The translations under genes and the position numbers were made by a program. Below the pieces are notes generated by a model that was given only the letters and a program-made list of their open reading frames with translations, did not search any database and had not been told where the DNA came from. From NCBI GenBank assembly GCA_964602845.1, contig CAZRSW010000010.1, forward strand, positions 1,076 to 65,075: DNA of 64,000 nt, read 5' to 3'. Shown here piece by piece: positions 41,281-50,758 of the stretch. The stretch's first letter is position 1, and every line of letters starts with the position of its first letter. The stretch comes from an uncultured Dehalococcoidia bacterium. Lineage in GTDB: Bacteria > Chloroflexota > Dehalococcoidia > Lucifugimonadales > UBA826.

Positions 41281-42318
41281 ATGTATAGACAACAAGAACC
41301 AGAAATTAACTTAGAGCAACTGTTGTCCCGTTTCAAGGGAATCTTTGGAAGATTCGGTGGGAAGGGGAAGGGAATAGGACCGTTGATAGTGGTTGCGATT
41401 TTTGCCATCATCGTCGTATTGTGGGCGGCCAGTGGTATTTACACAGTGCAGCCTGGAGAACAGGCTGCGGTTAGACTGTTTGGCAAGTACTCTAGCGCTC
41501 AGGAATCGGGTCTTCATTGGTGGTGGCCTGGTCCCATTGGAGCAAAAGATGTCGTTCGTGTGGACGAGGTTAGGAGACTGGAACTTGGTGTGAGGGGGGA
41601 CACTGCTATTTTAAGCGAGTCCCTTATGATCACGGGTGATCCGGATGAATCAGGCATGCCAGGAGAGGCTCCTAATATCGTAGATGCCCAGCTTCTAGTG
41701 CAGTATGACATTAAGGATATACGAGATTTCTTATTCGAGGTGGTTTCGCCGGAAGTGGTTACCCTCAAAGATGCGGCGGAAACATCGCTGAGACAAGTTG
41801 TAGGGAGTAGGCCCATAGATGACGTTCTAACTGATAAAAAAGAGGATGTTCAGATCGAAACTAAGCAGAAACTGCAGGCAATTCTGGATGAGTATAACTC
41901 AGGTATCAGGATCAGGGAGGTCAAGCTACTCAATGTGTTTGCGCCTGAACAGGTTAAGGATGCTTTCGATGATGTGGTAAGAGCCAAAGAAGACAAGGCA
42001 AGAATAATTAATTTGGCGGATGCCTACAAAGAGGATATTTTGCCGAAAGCGAGGGGTGAGGCGGCGAGGATGCTACAGGCGGCGGAAGGATATCGGCAAC
42101 AGAAAATAGCGGTAGCAAATGGGGAGTCAGAAAGATTCATTGCCATACAAGAGGAATACAGCAACTCGCAGAATATCACCAGAAAACGATTATATCTTGA
42201 AGCAATGGAAGATATATTGCCAAGGATGACGAAGATTTTGGGAGATCCAGGAGAAGTGATCCTCGTGAATCCTGAGGAAAAAGGTCTTTTACCATTACCA
42301 ATACCGAGCTCAGATTAA
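41281..42318 (+). CDS. hflK: FtsH protease modulator HflK (SPFH/band-7)
   Basis: 345-aa ORF with an N-terminal TM helix, an SPFH domain, a coiled EGYRQQKIAVANGESERF region, and pairing with hflC. Confidence 0.85.
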   Translation: MYRQQEPEINLEQLLSRFKGIFGRFGGKGKGIGPLIVVAIFAIIVVLWAASGIYTVQPGEQAAVRLFGKYSSAQESGLHWWWPGPIGAKDVVRVDEVRRLELGVRGDTAILSESLMITGDPDESGMPGEAPNIVDAQLLVQYDIKDIRDFLFEVVSPEVVTLKDAAETSLRQVVGSRPIDDVLTDKKEDVQIETKQKLQAILDEYNSGIRIREVKLLNVFAPEQVKDAFDDVVRAKEDKARIINLADAYKEDILPKARGEAARMLQAAEGYRQQKIAVANGESERFIAIQEEYSNSQNITRKRLYLEAMEDILPRMTKILGDPGEVILVNPEEKGLLPLPIPSSD

Positions 42319-42330
42319 GGTGCTGAACAA

Positions 42331-43494
42331 ATGCGATTAATTGCCATAATCCTGATTGCGGTAGTTGTGATAGCTGCTATCATGCTGCCTCAATTGTTTT
42401 TTATTGTGGATGAAAACAAAGTAGCGATTGTTACTAGATTTGGTCAGATAAAATCTGAAATTCAATCACCAGGTTTGAATATAAAAACTCCTTTTGTTGA
42501 CCAGGTTACCTATTATGAGAAAAGGCTCCTGATATTTGACGCACCCCCAGATTCATTGTTAACGAAGGATAAGAAGCGCCTCATTATTGATGTATATGCT
42601 AGAGGGAGTATAACCTCCCCAAGGACTTTTAGAGAAAGACTCGGAGACGAGCAACGCGCTGTCGACAGGGCGGTCGATATCCTGTCATCTGAGTTGCGCA
42701 GGGAAATTGCTAGTCATAATCAATCCGAGATTATAACCACTCAGCGGGATGCGATGATGGCCAATGTTCAAAATGCTGTTAGCCCCAAGTTGAAGGAATT
42801 CGGGATTACCGTGACAGATGTTCGTATAAAGAGAGCTGATTTCCCGGCAGAAATCGCCGATAGCGTTTATGCAAGGATGCAGGCGGAACGTAAGAGAAAA
42901 GCGGATAAAGAACGTGCGGAGGGTGCGGAGGTAGATGCCCAAGTGAGGGCTAACGCAGATAGAAATGCCACTATAATACTTGCCAATTCTCGGAGAGATA
43001 GTGATATCATCAGGGGATGTGGGGAAGCGGAAGCTACCCGTGTATTTGCTGCGGCGCTGGAACAAGATCCTGAATTCTATACATTCCAACGGTCCCTAGA
43101 GGCCTACACTAAATTTTTATCTGCAAACACTACCGTAGTTATGCCCGTAGGCGGCATAGGCCAGCTTTTCGAAGATATACGGAAGGGAGTTGAGGAAGCT
43201 ACAACTCTGGACGAAGAAGATATGAGGAAGGTGGTAAGAGATGCTGATGCTGGGTCTAAATGCGCGGAGGTATCGGCAGCTTGGTTACTCGCTGCCGAGC
43301 TGAAAGTTGACCAGCCGGAATTAATATTTCTATCCGTTGTTCCGAAATCGTGGCCTGACAGGAATTTAGGTTGTGTAGACACATCGGCTGCTGAATCCGA
43401 TTCTATTCCGGGATTTCAGGTGCAATTTTCACATAATGGAAATGAATATACCGTCCGAACGAACCAATACGGTTCTTCAGTAGCCATCTGCTAA
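42331..43494 (+). CDS. hflC: FtsH protease modulator HflC with C-terminal extension
   Basis: 387-aa ORF with an N-terminal TM helix, FIVDENKVAIVTRFG, an SPFH domain and EFYTFQRSLEAY. About 95 extra C-terminal residues follow. Confidence 0.85.
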   Translation: MRLIAIILIAVVVIAAIMLPQLFFIVDENKVAIVTRFGQIKSEIQSPGLNIKTPFVDQVTYYEKRLLIFDAPPDSLLTKDKKRLIIDVYARGSITSPRTFRERLGDEQRAVDRAVDILSSELRREIASHNQSEIITTQRDAMMANVQNAVSPKLKEFGITVTDVRIKRADFPAEIADSVYARMQAERKRKADKERAEGAEVDAQVRANADRNATIILANSRRDSDIIRGCGEAEATRVFAAALEQDPEFYTFQRSLEAYTKFLSANTTVVMPVGGIGQLFEDIRKGVEEATTLDEEDMRKVVRDADAGSKCAEVSAAWLLAAELKVDQPELIFLSVVPKSWPDRNLGCVDTSAAESDSIPGFQVQFSHNGNEYTVRTNQYGSSVAIC

Positions 43495-43579
43495 GGATTT
43501 TGCAAGTTAGTTAAGTGATTATGACCCGTTATCCGGATATAGTTTCATCAGTATAAGATCGGTAGTTTTTAGTTGACGT

Positions 43580-44092
43580 ATGCGAGACCTATTGTGTGTT
43601 AATCTCATAGTAGAGGTGGAAGAAGCTAACGAGATATTGTCCGAGAGGCAGGTTAAGATCGCAGAAAGAGTTTTGTCGCATTGTGCTGTAGATCACGGAT
43701 ACAGTAACATCGTTATTGTGAATGAGGGTACCATTCGACAGCTTAACATGGATCATAGGGGACTGGATGAAGTAACTGACGTGTTGGCCTTTTCTATGGA
43801 TCACGAAGGTTATTTCTACGGAGAAGACACGGAAGGGCGTTACGAGAGAAGTCATCAGGAATTCGTATTACCCCCAGGGGCTCATCTACATCTGGGAGAA
43901 GTTGTCATTTGTTTTTCGCAGGCTATGAAACAAGCTACGTCATTTCATATATCTGTGGAGGATGAAATAAACAAGTTGGTAGCTCATGGCTTTCTACATT
44001 TGATGGGTTACGATCACGTTGAGCCAGAGGAGGAACGGGAAATGAGTCTCCTACAAGAGAAGATTGTCGCGGAGGTAATTGACTTTGAGTGA
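43580..44092 (+). CDS. ybeY: rRNA maturation RNase YbeY
   Basis: 170-aa ORF with the HGFLHLMGYDH zinc motif. Confidence 0.9.
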   Translation: MRDLLCVNLIVEVEEANEILSERQVKIAERVLSHCAVDHGYSNIVIVNEGTIRQLNMDHRGLDEVTDVLAFSMDHEGYFYGEDTEGRYERSHQEFVLPPGAHLHLGEVVICFSQAMKQATSFHISVEDEINKLVAHGFLHLMGYDHVEPEEEREMSLLQEKIVAEVIDFE

Positions 44093-45752
44093 GGTGTTGT
44101 ACCGTAAATGGAGACCGAACCATTTAACGGATGTCGTTGGCCAGGAACATGTTACTAGGATCCTAGAAGCGGCGATTTCCACCGGACGGATAGCTCATGC
44201 CTATCTCTTTTGTGGTCCTCGGGGCACCGGTAAGACAAGTACGGCGCGTATTCTTGCGAAGGCACTAAATTGTATGTCGCCTATTGAGGGTGATCCGGAT
44301 AATGAATGTGCGGTGTGCCTTGCAATCAATGAAGGTCGATCATTAGATCTAGTGGAGATCGATGGTGCCAGCAATCGTAGGATCAACGATATTCGGGATT
44401 TATCGGAGAAGATCCATTATGGGCCAACTGAAGGGAAATACAAAGTCTATATCATTGACGAAGTACATATGCTTACAACGGAGGCGTTTAATGCCCTGTT
44501 GAAAACTCTGGAAGAGCCCCCTGATCATGCAATAATTATACTAGCGACCACGGACATTCATAAGGTGCCCTTGACGATAATATCACGGTGTCAACGCTTT
44601 GACTTCCGTCGAATACCCATCGCCGCAATCAAAGAAAAGTTGACGCGCCTTTGTGTATCAGAGGGTGTCAAGGTTGATCCGGAGGCTTTAGAGTTCATAG
44701 CGAGGCGATCTGGAGGTAGTTTGAGAGATTCGGAGAATCTTTTGGATCAAGCTATTGTTACATTTGAAGAGCCGATAACTTTGAGCGATTTGAATGACCT
44801 GTTTAATGTTGTTGATCAATCTTTACCATTACAGTTATTGGAATCTATTTCTAAAAAAGACGTGATAAATAGTGTCGAAGTCTTGGGTAGGTTCGTTGAA
44901 AACGGTGGCGATATCAGGCAGATGCATGGAGCTCTTATTGATCTACTTCGCACTCTGGTGTTGATCAAATCGGATGCAATAAATAGTGATGAGGATGGTG
45001 AAGAGGTAGATTCTAGGTTGCGCCTCATGGCTTCCGGATTCGACCTCGTTGAGGTTTTTGGACTTATGAAGACTTTGGTTAATCTGGAGTTTAACAACTC
45101 ACTTTATTCGGACATTATTTTAGAAATGGCTATTATTGAGACTTGTACCGTTAAAGCTAGTGCGGAATCGTTTGGTTCGAATAAAGCTGAGACACAAACA
45201 AGTAAGGTAAAAGATGTAGCACCGGTGTCACGCCGGGTTGCTGGGCCGCCGGACAGGTTGTCAGTTGCCCCTAGTAATATAACAAGTGCTACTTCTTCCA
45301 AAGAACGTGTAAAACAAAAAGTTGATAGTGCTGGTGGTATTATCGATCGGGAACCGATTTCTAAGGATGATGCGTCCGTGGAATCGTCCGATCTAGATAT
45401 ACATTGGAATCGATTGCTTCAATCTCTTCGTCAAACGGGCAACCGGTTTAACATCGGAGCCCTTTTACGTGGGTGTCATGAAAGAAAATTGGAAGAGGAT
45501 AGGGTGTTTTTCATGTTCCGGTATGGGTCTCATGTTGAAAGGATGAAAAGTGAATTATCGGACCCAAATGTTAAGAAAGGTCTTGAAGATGCGTTAGAGT
45601 CGGTTTTGGGAAAGAAGATGGGCGTTGAAATTAAATTGGCAGACGATGACTCTGTAAGAAGGTCAAAGCCAGTATCCCAAAGAAGTCATCTTGTCAGAGC
45701 GGCACAGGCAATGGGGGCTCGTATAATTCAAGAAAAGGAGAAGTCCAGGTGA
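44079..45752 (+). CDS. dnaX: DNA polymerase III subunit gamma/tau
   Basis: 557-aa ORF with LYRKWRP, Walker A GPRGTGKTS, a Zn module CxxC, and SRCQRF. The start is more likely the TTG at 44085 (GGAGG 9 nt upstream). Confidence 0.9.
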   Translation: MTLSEVLYRKWRPNHLTDVVGQEHVTRILEAAISTGRIAHAYLFCGPRGTGKTSTARILAKALNCMSPIEGDPDNECAVCLAINEGRSLDLVEIDGASNRRINDIRDLSEKIHYGPTEGKYKVYIIDEVHMLTTEAFNALLKTLEEPPDHAIIILATTDIHKVPLTIISRCQRFDFRRIPIAAIKEKLTRLCVSEGVKVDPEALEFIARRSGGSLRDSENLLDQAIVTFEEPITLSDLNDLFNVVDQSLPLQLLESISKKDVINSVEVLGRFVENGGDIRQMHGALIDLLRTLVLIKSDAINSDEDGEEVDSRLRLMASGFDLVEVFGLMKTLVNLEFNNSLYSDIILEMAIIETCTVKASAESFGSNKAETQTSKVKDVAPVSRRVAGPPDRLSVAPSNITSATSSKERVKQKVDSAGGIIDREPISKDDASVESSDLDIHWNRLLQSLRQTGNRFNIGALLRGCHERKLEEDRVFFMFRYGSHVERMKSELSDPNVKKGLEDALESVLGKKMGVEIKLADDDSVRRSKPVSQRSHLVRAAQAMGARIIQEKEKSR

Positions 45753-46054
45753 TGAACAAAAATATGTTGAAACAAGCTCAGCAACTCCAGAAGCAGATGG
45801 CTAAAGTGCAAGATGAAATAGAAACCACTACGGTGGAGGCATCCTCCGGGGGGGGCGCAGTGAAAGTTGTTGTATTAGGTAAGATGGTTGTTCAATCTAT
45901 ACATATAGAGGCCGCCGCAGTGGATCCAGAAGATGTCGAATTATTAGAGGAAATGGTGTTGACTGCGATAAATGATGGCCTAAGTAAAGCTCAAGAACTG
46001 GCATCTTCTAAGATGAATGCCCTAACGGGCGGCTTAAATTTACCTGGGTTTTAG
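45749..46054 (+). CDS. ybaB: YbaB/EbfC family nucleoid-associated protein
   Basis: 101-aa ORF with MLKQAQQLQKQM and SGGGAVKV motifs, in the canonical dnaX-ybaB-recR context. Confidence 0.9.
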   Translation: MMNKNMLKQAQQLQKQMAKVQDEIETTTVEASSGGGAVKVVVLGKMVVQSIHIEAAAVDPEDVELLEEMVLTAINDGLSKAQELASSKMNALTGGLNLPGF

Positions 46055-46112
46055 AGTAGAACCACTGAAATTTCGAAATGCTGATGTTAAAGAGTAGGAG
46101 TGGCTTTGTACG

Positions 46113-46724
46113 GTGTCTTTAGAAAATGCTTCAGAAACCCCTCAAGTAAAAAGGTTAGTTGAGGAATTTAGTCGACTCCCTGGAATAGGTCCAAAAACAG
46201 CACAGAGGTTGACGTATTATCTGATCCGATCGTCTGTGGAGCAATCAGAAAGTTTGGCTTCCGCTGTTTTATCAATCAAGAAATCAATTGTTCTTTGCAC
46301 TGTATGTTTCCACATCACTGAGAAAGATCCTTGTGGGATATGTGCAGAAGAAACCAGAGATTCTGGTCGTATATGCGTTGTTGAGGAACCACTAGATGTT
46401 ATCGCATTGGAGAGGACTGGGAGTTTCGACGGTTTATACCATGTTTTGCATGGGGCGATTTCTCCGATTAATGGGATTGGGCCGGCTGATTTGCAGATAA
46501 ATTCACTAATTGAACGGTTAACGGATGGTTCTGTGAAGGAGGTGATCCTTGCGACCAACCCAAATTTAGAGGGTGAAGCAACATCCATGTATATCAACAA
46601 CTTAATTTCTGGGATGGATATACTAGTCACTCGTCCAGCAAGAGGCCTGCCAGTGGGAGGTGATTTGGAATATGCGGACGAAGCTACGCTTGGGAGAGCC
46701 CTAGAAGGCCGACAGACCTTTTGA
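46113..46724 (+). CDS. recR: recombination protein RecR
   Basis: 203-aa ORF with LPGIGPKTAQRL (HhH), a C4 zinc finger (CxxC...CxxC) and a Toprim domain. Confidence 0.95.
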   Translation: MSLENASETPQVKRLVEEFSRLPGIGPKTAQRLTYYLIRSSVEQSESLASAVLSIKKSIVLCTVCFHITEKDPCGICAEETRDSGRICVVEEPLDVIALERTGSFDGLYHVLHGAISPINGIGPADLQINSLIERLTDGSVKEVILATNPNLEGEATSMYINNLISGMDILVTRPARGLPVGGDLEYADEATLGRALEGRQTF

Positions 46725-46731
46725 ATCAGAA

Positions 46732-47535
46732 ATGAATGAGGTTATATATTTAACCGATGCCTACACTATGAATAACAGAAATTATCAAACTAAAGCGATA
46801 GTGCTGAAACAGCGCCCTATGGGAGAGGCTAATCGGTTGCTTACTCTTTACACGGAAACTTCCGGAAAAATTTCCGCGATAGCACGAGGTTCCCGGAAGC
46901 CTGGCAGTAAACTTGGAGGTAATCTTGAATTGCTTAACTTGGTAGAAGTTTCTCTTGGACGAGGCAGGAATCTTGACCATATCAACGAGTGCTCCGTAAT
47001 TGACAGGTATAGGTATGTGAGGGAGGATCTGGCCAAGATTGCTCATGGGCTTTATCTGGCGGAATTGTGTGAGGTATTTGGTGAAGAGAGGTCTTCAAAT
47101 CCGGGGTTATTTAGATTGCTAAAGGACACGTTGGTTCGTTTAAATGGGGAGAATTTTTCGGATCTAGTTTTGCGAGAGTTTGAGATGCGATTATTACTTC
47201 ATTGCGGATTTTATCCGGAGTTAAACGAATGTGTCGAATGTAGGGATAAATTACAGCCAAAGATGTGTGCATTCGTCCCGTCGTTTGGTGGTGCTATATG
47301 CTCTGGTTGCGAGAGTGAGATTGGAGAATTTAAGGTAAAACTTTCCGTTCCAGGTATGAAGTTGCTGAGACATGTCCAAAGAAGTAATGGTAGTCAAAGT
47401 GAGGTCGGTGTAATACGGGTGCCACAGGAAGTTTCGAATGAAATTCAGAATGTGTTGAAGACGTATTTGGAATTCATAATGGAGAAAAAGATAAAATCGG
47501 CAACATTCTTAGACTTGGTGTCTAATGGGAACTAG
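46732..47535 (+). CDS. recO: DNA repair protein RecO
   Basis: 267-aa ORF with an OB-fold N-terminus (TKAIVLKQRPMGEANRLLTLYT) and a C-terminal CxxC...CxxC. The real start is perhaps the ATG at 46768. Confidence 0.85.
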   Translation: MNEVIYLTDAYTMNNRNYQTKAIVLKQRPMGEANRLLTLYTETSGKISAIARGSRKPGSKLGGNLELLNLVEVSLGRGRNLDHINECSVIDRYRYVREDLAKIAHGLYLAELCEVFGEERSSNPGLFRLLKDTLVRLNGENFSDLVLREFEMRLLLHCGFYPELNECVECRDKLQPKMCAFVPSFGGAICSGCESEIGEFKVKLSVPGMKLLRHVQRSNGSQSEVGVIRVPQEVSNEIQNVLKTYLEFIMEKKIKSATFLDLVSNGN

Positions 47536-47677
47536 GTCGCCATAACTAAAATCCAGTTCCCTCGTCCAAAATCTATGATGCAGGTTCAAGGTGCCTAGAG
47601 ACATATTAGAGCATGGGATTTGTTGCTTTTTTACTTAGAACGTTAGAATAGAATGGCGATTTGGTACTAACATGATT

Positions 47678-47753
47678 GCCCCTATAGCTCAGGAGGATAG
47701 AGCACCGGTTTCCTAAACCGGGTGCACAGGTTCGAGTCCTGTTAGGGGCACCA
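47678..47753 (+). tRNA. tRNA-Arg (anticodon CCU)
   Basis: Manual cloverleaf: GCCCCUA/UAGGGGC acceptor, CCGGU-UUCCUAA-ACCGG anticodon arm, ACAGG-UUCGAGU-CCUGU T arm, encoded CCA. Confidence 0.9.
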
Positions 47754-47855
47754 CTCTTTTTATGCACGGAATCACCCTGTTTACCGAATAGCCTTATCCG
47801 AGGAAAATAAATTTCTAAGTGCGGTGAATCTGATATAGGAATTGGGAGCAAAGCC

Positions 47856-48548
47856 ATGATACACAAAGACTTTAATTGCGAAATATATTTTATTCGGCAC
47901 GGGGAATCGGAATCGAACGCTACCCCTGGCCTTGCAGCCGGTATTAATTTTGATGCACCACTGACTAAACTAGGACATGAGCAAGCAAAATTATTAGGGA
48001 AAAGATTTAAGAATGAAAAGATTGATTTTGACAAGGTGTTTAGCTCAACTTTGACTAGAGCTGTTCAAACAACGGAAAACATTTTTATGGGTATGGATAA
48101 TCCAACGAATAGGTTTCAGAAGGTTCCAGCGATAATAGAACAACAAATTCCCGGGTGGCGTGGTGTTCCAACTGAGGAAGCTTATACCAACGATACAATG
48201 ACTTACATCATGGAAAAAGGTAAGGATTTTGTAGGTCCGGATGGGGAAAGCATAAGAGAAGTACAAAAACGAGCGACGAATTGGCTTGAAGATGAACTGA
48301 TTTATAATCGAAAACTCTGTAGCAGCCCTCAATCATTGAAGGTAGCGATCATAGGTCACGGGAATACTATGAGGTCGATATTTCATTATATTATGGGTTT
48401 TGACCAAAGGTTGATATATAAAATCGGTGTAGATAACACCTCGATTTCTAGATTTATATTCAACAGTCAGGGATGGTCTGTTGTTTGTTTAAATGATAAC
48501 TCGCATTTAAAAACAAACCCTTCCGGAACGTTTGAAACTAGAAGCTGA
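47856..48548 (+). CDS. histidine phosphatase family protein (phosphoglycerate mutase-like)
   Basis: 230-aa ORF with the IYFIRHGESESN catalytic RHG motif and a later GHGNTMR motif. Confidence 0.8.
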   Translation: MIHKDFNCEIYFIRHGESESNATPGLAAGINFDAPLTKLGHEQAKLLGKRFKNEKIDFDKVFSSTLTRAVQTTENIFMGMDNPTNRFQKVPAIIEQQIPGWRGVPTEEAYTNDTMTYIMEKGKDFVGPDGESIREVQKRATNWLEDELIYNRKLCSSPQSLKVAIIGHGNTMRSIFHYIMGFDQRLIYKIGVDNTSISRFIFNSQGWSVVCLNDNSHLKTNPSGTFETRS

Positions 48549-48595
48549 ATGTCCATCCTTATAATCAAATATTTTTTAGAATAAGGAAGTCAAAC

Positions 48596-49939
48596 ATGAA
48601 GATCCAAAATACAGGTTTAAAAGTAAATAGTATAGAAATTACCGATCTGAGAGTCCCCACTTCGGATACTTTGTTAGGGTCAGATCCATTTCATAAAAAA
48701 ATAAATTACTCCTGCGTATACACTCAAATAAAACTCACTAATGGTACGGAAGGTAATTCTGTCTGTTTTACAGCGGGAGCAGGCAATGACTGGATTGCTT
48801 ATGGAGTTAAAGATATAGCTAAGTTATTGGAAAGTTATTCTTTCGATGAGTTTATCCACAATCCAGGATCAATTTATAAATTCATCAATGATCATCATCA
48901 ATTAAGGTGGTTGGCAGATGGAGTTAACAGAATGGCCATGGGGTGCATTATTAACTCCTTGTGGGATGCTTGGGCAAAAATTGAAGAAAAGCCAATGTGG
49001 AAACTGTTGGTTGATCTAGAGCCTGAAAAAGTTATTGATTCTATAGACTGGAGGTATCTAGAAGATGCTTTGTCTAAGAGTGAAGCAATAGAAATTTTAA
49101 AGGAACGCGAAGCAGATCATGAAGATCTAGAGCTTGCATTGAAAAATAAAGGTCCAAAGGCCTATTCTACGGCTGGTTGGATAGGTCTTACAGATGAAGA
49201 AATTATTAAAACAGTGAAGGAAATGCAATCAAATGGTTTTGATTGCTTCAAGATGAAGGTTGGGCAGAGCCTTGAAGATGACAAGGAAAGATTGAGGTTT
49301 ATAAGGGAAGTAATCGGAAGTGATTCCAAATTGATGTTGGATTGTAACCAAGTATGGGGAGTGAACGAGGCTATAGACTATATGGATGAGCTCGCTGAAT
49401 TCAATCCTCTCTGGATAGAAGAGCCAACCGCAAGAGATGATGTTCAGGGTCATTTAAAAATAGCAAAGTCTCTAGAAAGTCTTAATATCAAGGTAGCAAC
49501 AGGGGAACAAGTTCCTTCGCCAGTCATTTTTAAACAATTACTCCGCTCTGGAGCTATAGGTTATTGTCAGATTGATGCTAGTCGTCTTGGGGGGGTTAAT
49601 GATGTGATGGCGGTAATTTTATTAGCCAAAAAATACAAGATTCCTGTCTGTCCACATGGAGGTGGAATTGGTCTTTGCAATATGATTGTTCATTATGCAA
49701 TCTGGGATCAAATAAAAGTTGCAAGTCATTCGAATGATCAAGTTGTGGAATATTTAGAGTTTTTACAGGATGAGGTCTTTAAGTTTCCCGTGCGTGTAAA
49801 GGATGGTAACTATGTAACTCCAGAAGTGCCTGGGTGGGGTTTGGAGATGCAAGAAGAATTTTTTGATTCCCACATTTATCCTACCGGAACAATATGGAAA
49901 GAAAGGGTGGAATCCGGAAGCATAACTTTTCTTCCATAA
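48596..49939 (+). CDS. enolase-superfamily dehydratase (mandelate racemase subgroup, L-fuconate dehydratase-like)
   Basis: 447-aa ORF with FKMKVG, LMLDCNQVW, IEEPT..DD and CQID motifs. The gene is visibly AT-rich. Confidence 0.8.
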   Translation: MKIQNTGLKVNSIEITDLRVPTSDTLLGSDPFHKKINYSCVYTQIKLTNGTEGNSVCFTAGAGNDWIAYGVKDIAKLLESYSFDEFIHNPGSIYKFINDHHQLRWLADGVNRMAMGCIINSLWDAWAKIEEKPMWKLLVDLEPEKVIDSIDWRYLEDALSKSEAIEILKEREADHEDLELALKNKGPKAYSTAGWIGLTDEEIIKTVKEMQSNGFDCFKMKVGQSLEDDKERLRFIREVIGSDSKLMLDCNQVWGVNEAIDYMDELAEFNPLWIEEPTARDDVQGHLKIAKSLESLNIKVATGEQVPSPVIFKQLLRSGAIGYCQIDASRLGGVNDVMAVILLAKKYKIPVCPHGGGIGLCNMIVHYAIWDQIKVASHSNDQVVEYLEFLQDEVFKFPVRVKDGNYVTPEVPGWGLEMQEEFFDSHIYPTGTIWKERVESGSITFLP

Positions 49940-50052
49940 TAGTAAATATAGATAGAAATCGGTTTGGGCTCATCAGAATTAGAGGACATAGCAATGAACT
50001 CAACGGTTAATAGATGAAAGATATTGATTTTGATCAGTGGCTAGAGGCCTAT
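49784..50052 (+). repeat. copy A of a diverged ~270-bp duplication (enolase 3' end, spacer, first 13 codons of apt)
   Basis: Alignable by eye to 51460-51726. A 27-nt identical run ATGAAAGATATTGATTTTGATCAGTGG occurs in both copies. Confidence 0.75.
50014..50052 (+). pseudogene. 5' fragment of apt (13 codons, MKDIDFDQWLEAY)
   Basis: About 92% identical to the first 39 nt of the intact apt at 51688. It then runs into tRNA-derived sequence, and the chimeric reading frame stops at 50083-50085. Confidence 0.75.
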
Positions 50053-50096
50053 TTCCTAAACCGGGTGCGCAGGTTCGAGTCCTAATAGGAGCACCA
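50052..50096 (+). repeat. partial copy of tRNA-Arg(CCU) 3' half (anticodon loop to CCA); att-like direct repeat
   Basis: 41 of 45 nt are identical to 47709-47753. The 5' half of the tRNA is absent. Confidence 0.8.
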
Positions 50097-50215
50097 CTGC
50101 CTCTCAGCATGAATACGGGTGACGATGTTGTTTAAATGATCAATTCAGGGTGCTTCTTTTAGGGTTTGATAGCAGTCCAAGTAATTAATGGTTCTTCAAG
50201 GAAGCAGAGGTCTCG

Positions 50216-50758
50216 TTATCCTTGTTTTTCTAATACTACCGAATTTTCCATTTGCTTTAGGGGGACTTGCCAATATCTTTGCAACAATCGATTCGTTTGT
50301 TTCTTTGTATGGCGTACAAAATCATTTTTCATATAGAACGTAACTGCCCATGTCGCATCTTGCCATGTGCCAACAAGCAACCTAGAGTTCCTATTCATTT
50401 TAAATAAATGTTGTAACAACGCTTTTCCTATACCTATTCCTTGGTAATTAGACAGTGTATAAGCATGCCTTATTAAAGTGACATCTTCTACTTCTTGGAA
50501 TCCCATTACCCCGACTAGTATATTGTCTTTATCGTAGCCGAATATACGAACCCCATTGTCAAATTCATGAATCATCTCTTGCTCTCGCATGTATGGTTCT
50601 TTCCAGCAACTGTCCGGGATGACCCCTTTATATTTTGAAGCAGCATTGTTAATCACGTAGATGATTTGATGAATGTCTTCTTTTGTATATTCAGATATCA
50701 TGAAAACTAAGTATAGGTTTTGAGAATTGATTTTTCCATTAGAATTACTATTTGACAA
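50216..50758 (-). CDS. GNAT family N-acetyltransferase
   Basis: 180-aa ORF with a TTG start. The likely real start is the ATG at 50701 (MISEYTKEDI). It has an acetyl-CoA motif region (YQGIGIGKALLQH). Confidence 0.8.
   Translation of the reverse strand: MSNSNSNGKINSQNLYLVFMISEYTKEDIHQIIYVINNAASKYKGVIPDSCWKEPYMREQEMIHEFDNGVRIFGYDKDNILVGVMGFQEVEDVTLIRHAYTLSNYQGIGIGKALLQHLFKMNRNSRLLVGTWQDATWAVTFYMKNDFVRHTKKQTNRLLQRYWQVPLKQMENSVVLEKQG

Noticed and set aside
44851-44875. An A6 run (TCT AAA AAA GAC) in dnaX, with a -1-frame stop 4 codons downstream. It is reminiscent of the E. coli dnaX gamma frameshift site.
   Set aside because: The heptamer is not in the X XXY YYZ register, because a T precedes the first AAA. 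It lies at codon ~258, inside domain III, so the product would be non-functional. No obvious downstream stimulatory hairpin is present.
47606-48034. A 142-aa minus-strand ORF spanning the tRNA-Arg gene.
   Set aside because: It overlaps a well-folded tRNA and the start of the histidine phosphatase gene, and has no motif support.
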